NCBI GenBank assembly: GCA_028534125.1
Contig: CM052817.1
Span: 76,572,001 to 76,636,000, forward strand
DNA: 64,000 nucleotides
Source of the DNA: Lama glama
Lineage: Eukaryota
Direction of reading: 5' to 3'
The notes under the pieces were generated by a model that made no database searches, was not told the origin of the DNA, and worked only from the letters and a program-made list of their open reading frames with translations. This document shows positions 26,101 through 39,690 of this stretch, in pieces; within the stretch, counting starts at the first letter, position 1; each line of letters starts with the position of its first letter. A program made the translations under genes and the position numbers.

Positions 26101-26759
26101 AGTAGCATTAAAATTATATTGAACACCAATAACATGTTCCACAGTATTTCCCATCAAAATTGGCTCTCTGGATATAAACCACAGCCTTCCAGTATTGAAA
26201 TATCATACTGGATGTGTGTAATTAGGTACTTCCCAATACACCTGTTGATGTCTAGCTTATGAGAGCCTCAAATTCTCTAAAGCAGCATGGGAATTCAGTC
26301 AAAAAAACAGTTCTGGTATACTTCTATCTTGTCTTACTTCAAAGGATTCATAACTTACAGGGAAAAATTAGGTTAAAATAATTCAAAGTATATCTGAGTT
26401 TGACACATGAACCCTCCACAGCAGAGCACCACTTCTCCACATAAATCCTTCGATAAACTTAATCATTAAGCGACACTAAAGACCTGTGCACATGACTATA
26501 TTTTCAGATGTAAATTTTATATAGATAACAAAATATTCTCAGCCCTATAAAACTGGGCTAAAATACCAATTTGTCTGACAATCAGTTTCCCAAATGTCTT
26601 ATATACCACTAAATCAATAGTGTCCCATGTTTATATTTACCAAAAAATGGAATGTTTATGATACGGTTGTTCATTATATAACATATTAGAAAACTTTTGA
26701 TTAGTTTACAGTGATAGCCATATCACAAACATAATTAACGAAGGATAGTTTTATATGAT

Positions 26760-27320
26760 TGCCTACATATTTACTTTGTATTAAGAGCTGTTCTAGTGTT
26801 TGTTAAGCATTCACAACAGCACACAGTGCAGTTTTTATCGAGTTTACACTCTAAATGGGGAAAGAATACATAAACTTATGGAAAGATAACTAATAATAAA
26901 AGATAAGAAGCAATAAGTGCTAAGTCAGAAAGATGCTCAGTAACTTCCATAGGCCACATGAGTAAGGAGACGTATCTCTGGGCTGAGATTTTTTATAGAA
27001 GGTGCAAAGAAGAATGGCATTTCCATTAAAGCACCTTCCTTTTTTTAAGGCTATAGGCTACAGAAATGAAATGCACTTTAGGCCGAAACTCTGTTTAAGC
27101 AAACATCAATTGCTTTGTTAGAGTGAACAGTCTCAGATATGGTGAGCAATGCACATTTGGAGAATTAGTATGGATGGAATTTAGCTTTGGGTAATAGGAT
27201 TGTAGGAGTGAAGAAAACAATTTATGGGCAGATAGTGAAAGGCCTTAACTGTTAGCTTAAGGCATAACAGCTTCATTCTTCGAATCTGACAAGTCATTGA
27301 AACGATTTTCTCTTGAGGTT
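26760..27320 (-). mobile_element. Diverged L2 fragments
   Basis: gagtttacactctaaatgggg and gggcagatagtgaaaggcctt resemble antisense L2. Confidence 0.45.
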
Positions 27321-29079
27321 TTTTGTATAGTTTGTTGCTTTTCTCCTCCAATGCTAGGAAACATTTGGTCAAATTATTTCAACCCATAATTTATTTTCAG
27401 CTCAGAAGAATCAGGTCCCAGCAGTAGAATTATGTGTTCAAATATAGTAATGTAATGCTAAGATAGAAACCTCCAGAGGGTAGTTTCAGTGTTTTCAAGA
27501 ACCATCTTCTGAATGGATGAAGACCTGACAGAAGTGACTAACTCACAAGCACCTGATGTGAAAACAACCCTTCAAAGAAAGGAACCTGTCCTGATGCCAC
27601 TATCTTTGGAGTATACTATTCGCTATTTCAGTGACCCTGTGGTACACTCAGCTAACATCCCTGCGGAAAGAATGGAAGAAAAAGTGATCTGAGAACCAGA
27701 TTTCCAGGCAGTCATAGCCCACCTACCATCCAGTACAGTTGTCTTTAAAAAGTCTATACCATTTCCTGCATTTGGGATACACTACACATTTGTTTCCAGA
27801 ACCTTTCTAAGACTTTTAGCAGGTGAGTAAAATTGGTATTTTTTTAGGAAGACTGATATCTCTATATTTTTTCAGGATGGATCATTGATGATGGAGGATA
27901 GAAACTAAAACAAGTCAAATTACTACATGAAAAATGAAGTGACCAGGCTTAACTTAATGACCACAGCAAAGGGGGAGTTTGAATAAATAGTACACTGTAA
28001 AACAGAGAAAAGTATATTTAACCTTACAGTTAAATGAGTAATACGGGTTTATTTGCAGAATTAATCATGAAGGAAACATCAATTTGGAATGAAGTAACAA
28101 AGAGTGACTTATACGAGCACATAAACATAGTTCTGGTCATGTTTTGAAGATTCTTTGTTCACTTGTTTTCCTATTCTGATTATACCAATGGAATAAGTGT
28201 AAATTTGACAGTATGCAAAGATGAAATTAATATCAAGGCTTGTCAAGCCAATTATTTTTAAGTTAGTGTAACTGAATGAAAGGTGATTTGGAAATGCTCA
28301 TCCTTCTGTTTCAGTTATTTCATGAAGATGTTTTTAAAAATGCATGGTATGGATCCCATCCCTTAAAATGACAGACTTCTTTTCAATCCTTCAATCCTTC
28401 ATATCAATACTTTGTGTAACATTTATCTACACAAATGTTAATAAACAAAACCTAGGTTTAGAAAGGCTTCCAAATTGCACTTAAATACATTTTATACTAT
28501 TATTCTCTTTCAGCTTCAAATGTAATTGTTATCATCAAGCTAAATACTTAGTACCCTCAGAGTTAGCCCTATAGAAAAATCTTATTTATCCCTTATTACC
28601 TAGAATACTTGTAAACTGCATTATAGTCCCAAATTTGCAAATTTTAGATTTAAAATCTACACATTTGAAAGTTATAGGCTGCTTGAAGGAATTTTAAATA
28701 CAGATCTTCATAAAGATACGTGCAACTTTAATCTAGAATACTCAGGCTGTATGTATTATAGGCACAAGCTTTGACTGCAAAATATAGAAACACATTATAA
28801 ACTTGTATACAATGCTTTTCTTACTTCAGATGGGAAAAAGAAAACATAAAATGGCTTCTCTAATGATGATGACAGACTGTTTGTGGTTTCTAAGGTTCAA
28901 GAACTCATGATATACCACACACAAAAAAAGACTTTTAAAAAAAGAATTTTAATGACATTTGCCATGAAAAAAACTAAAATTCACAAACCATAAATCAACA
29001 AAGATATATGTGCTATAATCAAGCAAAATAAGGATGTATTTTTAAGGATATGTTTGCAAGGATCAATCTGTAAGTTGAA

Positions 29080-29270
29080 GGTACTGTGGTGCAGTGGAAT
29101 TAACCCCTCTCGAGAATCAGAGAGATGAATCAGAATGCCTGTACTTATATTTTGTGATTTTTAGCAACTCATGTGTCCTTTAAGAACACTAGTTTATTTT
29201 TTTCTAATGGAAACTACGATTATTGTAAATGAAAAATGAAGTAATGTAAATATATTTTTTGCCATATAGA
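29080..29270 (+). mobile_element. MIR
   Basis: tgtggtgcagtggaat..gagaatcagagaga followed by a degenerate MIR core. Confidence 0.55.
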
Positions 29271-29454
29271 AGATGACGAATAGACACCATCCCTATTATA
29301 CAATTGCATATTTTACCTGTCAAAAAAAATTTCACAACTGACAAATCTCCTACTAAGCATTTGTGGGTGGACAAGGTGACCATTAGCTATCACATCAGCC
29401 ACTGAGTGGAGATACAGTAAGAATGGAATTTGGTGAAATATAAGATCACATGGA

Positions 29455-31791
29455 TGACACAAAACACAAAACAAGTCTTGGTAAATTTAAGAAAACTGAA
29501 ATCCTATCACGTGTCTTTTTTGACCACAACTCTTAAGACTAGAAATCAACTACAAAAAAACTGGAAAAAAGACAAATGTGGAGGTTAAACAATATACTAC
29601 TAAACAGCCAATGGCTCATTGAAGAAATCAAAGAAGAAATTTTAAAAATAATGGAAATAAGTGAAAACAAAAACACAACTATCCAAAATCTATGGGATGC
29701 AGCAAAAGGAGTTCTAAGAGGGAAGTTTATAGTGATATAAGTCTAACTCAGGAAAACTTCAAATAAACCATCTAATCTTATACCTGAAGAAACTAGAAAA
29801 AGAACAAACAGAATTTAAATTTAGTAGAAGGAAAGAAACCATAAAGATCAGAGTAGAAATAAATGAAATAGAAACTTAAAAAAAAAAAAGACAAAAGATC
29901 CATAAAATTAAAAGCTGGTTCTTGAAAAACTCTGAACAAACAGAAGTCCAGGACCAGAAGGCATCACAGGCAAATTCTACCAAACATTTGGAGAAAAGTT
30001 AACACTTACTCTTCTCAAACTATTCCAAAAATTACACAGGAAAGAATGCTTTAGAATTCATTCTATGAGGCTAGCATCACTCTGATACCAAAACTAGACA
30101 AAGATTTTTTTTTAATTATAGGCCAGTATTATTGATGAACATATATGTAAAAGTATTCAACAAACTATGAGCAAACAAATTCAACAATACTTTAAAAGAA
30201 TCACACACCCTAACCAAGTGGGATTTATTCCAGGGATGCAAAGATGGTTCAATATCCACAAATCCATCATTATGACATACCATATTAATAAACTAAAGAA
30301 TAAAAACCACATGATCATCTCAATAGATGCAGGAAAATCTTGACAAAATTCAATATGCATGATTAAAAAAAGCTATCCAAAGAGTTGGTATAAAGAGAAC
30401 ACACCTCAATATTAAAAAGGCAATTATATAGTAAGCCCACAGCTAACATCACACTCAACAATGAAAAGTTGAAAGCCTTTCCTTTAAAATCAGGAACAAG
30501 GATGCCCACTCTCCACAATTCTATTTAACATAGTATGAGATGTTCTAGTCACAGCAGTTAGAAAAGAAAAAGAAATAAAAGGAATCCAAGTTGGAAGGAA
30601 AAAGTAAAACTGTCACTGTTTGCATATGCTATGACACTACACATAGAAAATCCTAAAGATGCCACTAAAAACTATTAGAGCTCATTAATAATTTCAGTAA
30701 AGTTGCAGGATACAAAATTAACATACAGAAATCTGTTGAATTTTTATACACTAACAATGAACTACGAGAAAGAGAAATTAAGAAAACAATCCCATTTACC
30801 ATCACAGCAAAAATAATAAAATACCTGGGAATAAATGTAATTAAAGAGGTAAAAGACTTGTATTCAGAAAACTGTAAGACATTTGATGAAATAAATTGAA
30901 GATGACACAAATATAAAGAATTATAGGTTGGAAGAATTAATATTGTTAAACTGACCATATTATGCAGGGCAATCTATATATTTAAAGCAATCCCTATCAA
31001 AATGTCAATGGCATTTTTCATAGAACTAGGATAAATAATTCTCAAATTTGTACGGAAACACAAAAAAATTCAAATATCCAAAGTAATCTTGAGAAAGAAC
31101 AGAGCTCAAGATATCACAATTCCTGACTTCAGACTATACTACTAAGCTGCAATAATCAAAACAGTATAGTACTGGCACAAAAACAGACACATAGATCAAT
31201 AGAACAGAATAAAAAGCCCAGGAGTAAACCCAGGCACTTATGGTAATTGATCTATGACAAAGGAGGCAAGAATATACAATGGAGAAAAGAAAGTCTCTTC
31301 AATAAGTGGTGCTGGGAAAACTGGACAGCTACATGTAAAAGAATGAAATTAGGACATTGTCTTACACCACATACAAAAATAAACTCAACATGGATTAAAT
31401 AATGGCCAATAAGCACATGAAAAGATGTTCAACACTGTTAATCATCAGAGAAATGGGAACCAAAACTACAATGAGATAACACCTCACACCTGCCAGAATG
31501 GCTGTCATCAAAAAAAAAAAAAAAAAAAAAACAAAGAAAGAAACATAAATAACAAATGTTGACAAGGACCTGGAGAAAAGGGAATCTTTGTACCCTGCTG
31601 AGAATGTAAACCGGTACAGCTACTATGGAAGATAGTATGGAGACTCCTCAAAAAAACTACAAATTGAATTATCATATGATCCAGCAATTCCACTGCCAGG
31701 TATATATTCAATGAAAATGAAACCACTCATTCAAAAAGATACATACATCCCAAAGTTCAGAGTAGCATTATTTACAATGCCAAGATATGGA
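29455..31791 (+). mobile_element. LINE-1 ORF2 fragment with internal deletions, 5' and 3' truncated
   Basis: Colinear with the 1-3637 copy (caagtgggatttattccagggatgcaa, ggcacaaaaacagacacatagatcaat). Jumps at ~29927 and ~31400. RT FADD motif decayed at ~30619. Confidence 0.96.
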
Positions 31792-31877
31792 TTATTTTCA
31801 ACAATAAATATGAAATTACATAAACCAAATAATTCAATACAGTATTTACAAAGTCTTGCACAATTGTTATGAATTAA

Positions 31878-32070
31878 GTTCACAGTCCCACAGAACCTTC
31901 TGCCATTATAGATGTGTTCTGCCCCTGCACTCTCCAAAACACTAGCCACTAGCCATGTGTGACTGTGTGTTACTTGACATATGATTACTGTGTGAAAGAA
32001 AATTAACTTTTAAAATTTTAATTTTATTAATTTGACTTGTGGCTTGTGGCTACCATATTGGGAAGCTTAG
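31878..32070 (+). mobile_element. MER3 (hAT-Charlie MITE)
   Basis: agaaccttctgc..tagccactagccatgtgtg..gtggcttgtggctaccatattgg match the recalled MER3 consensus. Confidence 0.85.
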
Positions 32071-33589
32071 CATTTGAAGCACGAATTCTTACAATTATTT
32101 TTAACCACAGGTGCAGAGTTCAACCTGTAGAGAATCCCATAATATCAATTACATAAAATAATAAACATATAAGTATCAAAAATACTGAAATACTGTTATG
32201 TACCTTTTATAATCCTTCAAAAAAAATCCAACTGAAATCAAGCATCATAATTCCAGAAAATTAGTGTTTTTATTTTGTATTTAAATGATATGTGAAAGAC
32301 GTGAAATCTAAGGAAAAGGTACACAGTTCAATATTTTTGCCAGGGAAGTCCTACTAAACTAATATTCAAACCGATAATAAACACACTCGCCAATTGCAGA
32401 GTTATGCTATTATTTCTTATTTTACTGTATGTGCTCCCTTAAATAACTGTAATAATCGAGTATTCTATCTATGTTTGTAAATATGATTTCTGAATTTTAT
32501 ATTTGAGAATATAATGAGAACCAAAAAGTAGGTGTCAACTTCACTGTATAAATTCTTAACACTTCCCACAAGGATCTGCTTCTATCTTTGACAACATCCA
32601 ATATGTTTGGTGTCCCATAGGCTGCATTTAACTAGTGTGAAATTTTCCTCATTCACTGCTGCCCTGATTTTTCACCTCAATTTATAATTTATCATTGGTT
32701 TTAATTAACCTCAAATAACACACAACAATCCAGCTGACAGAGCCATGAGCTGAGGAACAGCCAGGGAAACAGAAGAAAAGACAGTACAGCAGAGTCTTAA
32801 AAGGCATGGAATGACATGAAGAGCATTTTAAGACACAGGATATTCATGCTATAGAACAATTTGCAGTACTTTCCTTAAATCAAGAAAGCTTTTTGTGATC
32901 AAATCTCATATGTAGTTGTTTGGCTGCTCTGGAAAACGCAGGCAGCACTGTCTGCTGATCACAGCATGTCATTAAGTGTTGTAAAAATAATCACACAAAA
33001 TTGCTAAATATTTTTTCAGTTCATTGTCTGCAGAGACACAATGAAAATAAAACAAGTAGGGACTCTAAACAGTATATATGCTTTATCTTTTGAATCATTT
33101 ACAACTTTTGTAATCCTATACAGACTTCAAACCCTAACTCCATCACTAATTGTGATTTTAAGAGATGCAAGAAAGCTAAGTGATTGTCTCAAGTTCAGAG
33201 ATATGAGATAACAAATCCAGAGTTTTAATTTAGAAAGACATTATCATTTACAAGAGAAGCCAACTTTCTGAAATTTGTGTTTCAGAAAGATTACATCCAA
33301 AACCAGATAAGTGAAATATAAGGTATGCGAATTTTATCTACAGAAGTCAAAAACAACTCATTTTGATCCACATAGCAAACTATGGACTTTGATCTTCTTT
33401 CCATGAACTAATAATTAGTTCTCTTCACCCTTGCAATGGCCATTCAATATAGCAAAATACAATCACTGAATGGACAATAGCTTCTCACTGAGGAATTACT
33501 CTGTCACCAGGGGAACTAATTTCAATTTATGTTTTGTCACTGCTGTCATAAAAGACTTTCACATATGATTGACTTTCAGTGAGAACTAC

Positions 33590-33830
33590 TATAGCATAGT
33601 GTATATAGCATGATATGAATATTATGAGCTCAGGCTGTCAGGATTCAAATCATGGCTCTGCTTTTTACTACCCATGTGACCTTGGATAAGTCACTTAACC
33701 TCTCTGTGCCTCCAATTTCTCATTTGCAATAAAGCAATAGGATAACAATACTACTTGTCTCAAAGAGGCTAGGAAAATTTAATAGCCAGTATACACACAG
33801 GCACACACATATACTGTGCTTTGAATAGCA
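33590..33830 (+). mobile_element. MIR
   Basis: ggattcaaatcatggctctgc..tgtgaccttggataagtcacttaacctctctgtgcctc is the MIR core. Confidence 0.9.
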
Positions 33831-34009
33831 CACTATGATACACACACATACACAATTATAATTATTACTGCAAGGGAGAACTATCAGAGTTCTAATCTAA
33901 TTTATCTTAATTATTGATGAAAATATCTTCGAAAAATAATGAGAATGTTCTCAGATATTTTTAATGTGTCTTCCACCTCCCTCTGAGGCGATTATAAACG
34001 TGTGTAAGA

Positions 34010-34200
34010 TAGAAATTGCCTAAGCATTTTACATGCATTTTATAATTTGACTTTAATTTTCTCAATCATCTCATCTGTGACATGAATTACCTCACATTTT
34101 CAAGTGTGAATACTGAGTGTCATAAAATCTAAGTGACAGTTAAAAGTATACAATATTAAAAGCGGATGGTTTATGACTAAATCTGACAATTTCTCCACTA
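34010..34200 (-). mobile_element. MIR
   Basis: ctaagcattttacatgcatt..aattttctcaatcatc..gtgtgaatactgag..aagtgac. Confidence 0.65.
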
Positions 34201-34206
34201 TTTCAG

Positions 34207-34324
34207 GTCGTCTTTGCCCAGCAGACATGACTTCTCAAGGGACTATTTTCAAGGCTACATTAAGGCTCCTCTTCTTAAGCAGATGCCATCTGGTTGGCCC
34301 TTTCTCATGACAGGATAAGAGAAG
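34207..34324 (+). other. Candidate 118-nt non-coding exon
   Basis: ctgac branch-like site, acceptor tttctccactatttcag|G, donor AAG|gtaaga. Stops in all three frames. Confidence 0.25.
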
Positions 34325-34443
34325 GTAAGAGCAAGGGATGCATTTTTTAAAATTATTTAAAAAATCTAGACGTACGATTCAGTGTGAAATTTTCAAATAC
34401 ACTGGCATTTATTAATGCCCTATTTTAGTACACAGAGATGAAT

Positions 34444-34749
34444 ACAGGTCTACACTTGGTGCCAGATAGATCTCAGGAAACAGGTTTTTCTCAGATTTTG
34501 TAAAGGAAATATAATGCAAGAACATTATTAACATTCTCAGAATTATCTATGGAAGTACCTCATTAACATACTAATATTTCTGCACTGAGGATAAGTAGCA
34601 TAAACAAAGACAGCGCATATCCTCAAATCAATTCTGCTCAGATTTTGCCGTCATGTGAGTTTATCACACACATCTAAGAAAAATAAAAAACCTACCTCAT
34701 TTTTCAGAGATTTTTGGATTCTGAATTATAGATAGGATGTCAAACTTGT
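34444..34749 (+). mobile_element. MER46C-like TcMar-Tigger MITE
   Basis: tacaggtc..gccagat, taatatttctgca, cagattttgccg and ttttcagagatttttggattctgaatt match recalled MER46C. Confidence 0.75.
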
Positions 34750-35824
34750 TTTTATTCACTATCAGTACTTAATCGATTTTCTAGTAGAGTGTTTGCTCTC
34801 TGAATAGATCATCAATTCTTCACTTTAACCCCAAATCTTTGTACTTTGCCTGTGTTTCAGAGCTTAGAATCCTCAGCTTCCTTAACAATATGAAGCTAAC
34901 TGTCCCAGCCTCATGAACCACAGCCCTGGAAGCCAGCTGAAGAAGCAGGTACAGGAAACCATTAAATAGTAAGCATGTGCTATTTTATAAAGAACAGAAG
35001 TGACAATTGCAGTCTCGCTGTTGGAGGGTTTTGTTTTTGTTTTTTCCCAGCCCTTAAACCTGAAATGACATGGAGAGAGATAAATGGCCTTAAATCAGTA
35101 CTTTCAAAATTGCACATATTCACCTTTCCGTATTTAGTCCTCTCGATGTAAATCTGAACCTGTCTGATACCCTCAAAATGACTGAGAATGGTTGTTATGA
35201 ATTATTATCTAAAGAAAGAATCTGATCCCTTAAGTATGTTAATAATTCAGCCTCCTAAATCTAAACACGAGAGCAAAAAGATAGGATAAGAAAATGCTCT
35301 CGTTGATTCCCTAAGGCTTTCTTGTGTTCTTCTCTCAATCCTGGACATACTCTATGGCCACGCAGTGGGGAGTGGATCAACACACAAAAAGGCTAGATTT
35401 GGATGCAGCTTGATCAACTCCCACCCACTGCACATGAAGTCGGCCCAATGGTGCACATTGTTCATTTGGTAAAATTATATCCTCAAACACTCTATACGAA
35501 GCCATGTCAAGCTTCTCACAGGTCATGCTTTTATGCCCATCTACTATCCTTCCAATGGAGGAGAAAGAAATTAGGCTCACTCTGTTAAACAATCTCATGA
35601 TATACACCCAGATTTCATGGATGCAAATAGGAAAATAAAAAGTTCTTCCCCAGAAGATTTTATCTTGGCAGTTTTCTTTCAAGTACTTCAGAGAGTTCCT
35701 CCTCAAATACAACTGAGGTAAACGTCAGTGTCTCATCATCTGTCAACTGAAATTCAGAGGCATTGTAATGGGAACTGAAGGACCAAATACTCAGCATGTT
35801 TTCAGCATCCCACTGAGAAGATCT

Positions 35825-35965
35825 AAGCGCAGAAGAACTTTTGAAGGCAAAGTAGACTCCACACTCTGATCTGTTCCATGGGAGGTGCTAAATGAGATGA
35901 GAATGGGCCCCAAGAACGCTTTTAACAAGTGTGATTATGATTCACAGGAGAAATCATTGGCTATA
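35825..35965. mobile_element. MER5-like hAT-Charlie remnant
   Basis: gaatgggccccaagaacgcttttaacaag..gtgattatgat..gagaaatcattggcta. Confidence 0.5.
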
Positions 35966-38495
35966 CATCCCTAAAGTTGAACAATCAAACAGAATTTTGC
36001 TTAGAAAGCATCAAGAAATTACAGCGCATATTTGGTTCATATGAGATCAGAAACACAAACGTCTTACCATTCAATAAAAATTTAAAACACCTCTCAAACT
36101 CAAATACTTTGCCAGGTTCAGGGACCATGTCCACCCCTCAGTTTTACAGTAAACTGAGTCCAATCACTGGCAGCTCAATAAATAACAAAAACTTCTCCCT
36201 CAGGGATGATATTACAAAAATAATTCTTTTTTTATTTTTCCCTTGAGCACATAAATCCTATATTATATAGCTATTTTAAAAAATCCTCAGCCAGCACTGA
36301 AAGGAACGTGACAAGAGTTCATATGACAATATCTTTGAGAGTTGTTTTCCGTAAGACACATTCTGTAAACATTTTAAAAAATCAAGTTATCAAAATTTTC
36401 TCATTGCCTTGAATTTAGCCTTAGAGGTCCCATTAAGAAAGGATGCTTGGAAATAATTTAAGTAGAGTAACGCTATTATAGCTACTTTTGGATTATCTGT
36501 GGTCATTCAGTAAAGAATATAATGTGTACATTTAGTAACACCTTATTTTAAAAATAAATATGACCTCTCTTACTAAATAATTTTTCTAGAGTGCTAAAAA
36601 GTAGTATTTCATGAGTAGATAGCTTCTATTAGGTCAAATTGGGAAAAAGCATTTACAGGAAACAAAGGGGCTAAAACACAAGAAGTTCTTTGAAGAAGAT
36701 GGGAAGTTTCAAAGATTCTTCCAGGTCTGTGAAAGTTTCAGCAACATCTATATAGTATAGGTGGTTTACTATAATAGTTAACCAAATAACGTACTCAAAC
36801 CCTGGAGCCGACAGTGAAGCCAGCCTCTCCCAAAGCAAATGGATCTTCAGTGGAGACAGGAGCAGGCAGGAAGAGGAAAGAGTGATGGATGCTGGGACAG
36901 TAAGCAAAGGTGGCCAGTGTGGTTCACCGCTTTGTCTGCATCCCCAACACACACTCAATAAGAAGCACCCACTTGAAACCTCCTGGCTCCCTCCATAACT
37001 GAAATGTACCACAACCATCTCTGCATCCAGGATTTCTGGATGATGAAGGACCTATCAGTTCTGCACTGAGCTCTTGATCACCTAGTAAATTAGGGATACA
37101 TGGTAAGATGTTGAATTCCAATATACTCTAATACTGTCCAATAAAAATTCTCATTTGATTACGAGGAAAACAGGAAACAACACACAGGAGTCACTGATGA
37201 CCATCACATATCACCTCCAAACAGAAGTCATAGGCAATTACCACTCCAGAAACAGAACAGAATCCTTGAATGGCCAATTTGGCAGTATTGGTTCTAACTT
37301 TGGTGACGGCCTACTTGATTCGTTTTCTTCACGAACCCTGATTCTGCCAATACTGAGAATAATCTTTGTCAATTTTAATCTATGTAAGCAACTGCAGTGG
37401 GCATTTGAGAGGCCATCCAACTGAGGCTATATTTTTTGAGCATCCCACTCTCTGTTAGTGCAAGTTTGGGTGCCTAGGAAATACACGTTGGAACAATCAT
37501 ACGTTGTTAGTTACCAGACTTGGGTTTATTTATAAATACATCTTCAAAATCGCAGCTAGCTCTAAGTCTATTTGTATTTGCCCAACTCCATGTTCCAGTT
37601 ATGCAAATGAGAAATCACATTTAATCACAGACCTTGAGCCTAGCACTAGAGCTGGAGGATTCTCTCTCCTAGTAGCTGTTACTGATCTTCTGTGCTCTGA
37701 TCATTCAAGTGGATCTTTTTAAAGAGGTCTGCCTCTTGGAGCAATTTGAAGTAATGACTGAGTTGCTAAAATATATGCATATTTATATCCTTGTCCTAAG
37801 CCTGTATTTTGGTTTCATTTCCACAGTATAAGCTGTTACCTACTTTATCATGCAGGGAATTCTTAAGATAATGGTCTTGGGTGAGACCAGTGGAATAATG
37901 TATTTCTTATTTCCCCATATTTTCTCCCACTAAGTCTCCCATTTCCCTGTTAACTCTATTTTCACCTCACTGTACAAAATTAAGCTTGTCTGACCATTTA
38001 AGTACCTGAATTATCAGATTCTCAGTAAATCTGGATTCTAGACCAACAGCAGAAGAGCAACTCTCAGCAAGACTTTCTCTCTCGGCCTTCAGAGAACAGC
38101 TGCAAAGCAAGCATGGCTCCTTCTCAGTAGAGATTCCAGCATTAGAAATCTTTTGACTCTTTTCCTCTAATAAGGAAGCCTTGGGAGGCACATGATCTGA
38201 GATCCACGGTAAAAGAAAAAATGTTTAACCATATGTTGAGCAATGAAATAACTAATATCCTCCAATTTCTCACTGACCATTTTCTAACAAAATTCAGGCC
38301 ATCCAATACTTTAGAGCCCATTACTTGTGAAACCTCACTCTTGGTACCAAATTGGTATCAGTCATATACTTTGGTTGAAAATTTAATGATATCAAATGAA
38401 ACTAGCAAAAAATGCAGGGAAATGATTTTCCCACATGACTAAATGGCAAAAGATGCGTCAGGTTTAGCATTCAGTTTATCAAGACTTCACATCTC

Positions 38496-38529
38496 GTGTG
38501 TGTGTGTGTGTGTATGAGAAAGAGAGAGA
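38496..38529. repeat. (TG)n-(GA)n compound microsatellite
   Basis: Seen directly. Confidence 0.9.
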
Positions 38530-39504
38530 CTACCTTAGCTCTGTCCTCTTCATAGTGAGATTCATTCTCAGATCATGACAGCAAAATAAGTATAGCACTT
38601 CTAGTCCTTACAAGGGCACAAGACACTGTCCAGAGAAAGGATCTGCATCCTTTAATTACTACCAAAAGTTCTGAAATATTACTCATACTGGACTTATTAG
38701 ATGAAAGGGTAAATAACTGTACTGATTCATTTAAGTTATATTATGCACTTCACCTGTGGATCAAGGAGCACGGCCATATTTCCTATCAACAATGCATTTG
38801 CAACATACATGCAGTCTATTGGGAGGAAAGAAGAAAAAGGTGTTGGATACATTACCAAATTTTGTTGCAGTTCAATAAATATGGAGAGAAAAGAGAACAT
38901 ATGCTGGATTAAAATGGATAAATTATCAAAGCAACATTAAAATGAAACTCAAGTCATATCATCTAAGTTTCTTGGTCCTTTTTCAAAAAATTACATTTAC
39001 AAATGAAAGAAAATAATTTTTTAAGAGTTTAACTTAATACGAGGTTTGGACTCCATCAAAGTACGCTACAGAAACTTATTTTGTAAATTATTTTGTGAAA
39101 GTAAAAATTTTGCTTTACTAACTATTCAAGGTATTTGTCCTTAGCAACCATTATTATGTATGTGCATAGAGATAATTAATCACAAAGTTGGAAAAAGTAT
39201 CAGATTGCACATTCCTACTGCTTGAATATTAAAGATCTTATTCTGATTTATGCTTTCTAGTATTTACAAAATATCACTCCCTAAATAAATATATGACTGG
39301 TGCTAAAAGCTCCAACCACACCAAAAACAAGTACCATGTTTTTGAGGTATCATTTGTGATTTTACCTACCAACTCTCTTAGAGAGGAGTCTTATAAATAG
39401 ATGCTCAAAGAAGCCAAAGTCAGACTGAAGCAGAGACTTTCTTCATCTTATCTTCCTTTCAAAGCTCTCATTATAATAGTAACTGTATGTCTTTTGTTGC
39501 ATGA

Positions 39505-39690
39505 TGTGAATTCAGTTCTCTTGAGTTTATATCCACATATAACATTTCTGTTTCATAGGGTGTACATACATACAGACTTAGAAGGTAAAAGTGAATTATT
39601 TCCAAGTGGTTGTACCATTTTATTCACCCATCAGCAAAGTATGAGAGTTGCTCAAGATTGCCAATTTGATATTATCATCTGTCTAACCAT
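39505..39690 (-). mobile_element. Old L1M fragment
   Basis: ttccaagtggttgtaccattttattcacccatcagcaaagtatgagagtt is the antisense L1 ORF2 end. Confidence 0.75.

Noticed and set aside
35641..35723. 64-nt + strand exon candidate (ttcttccccag ... GAG|gtaaac)
   Set aside because: Short pyrimidine tract, weak donor, and no recognisable peptide in the two open frames.
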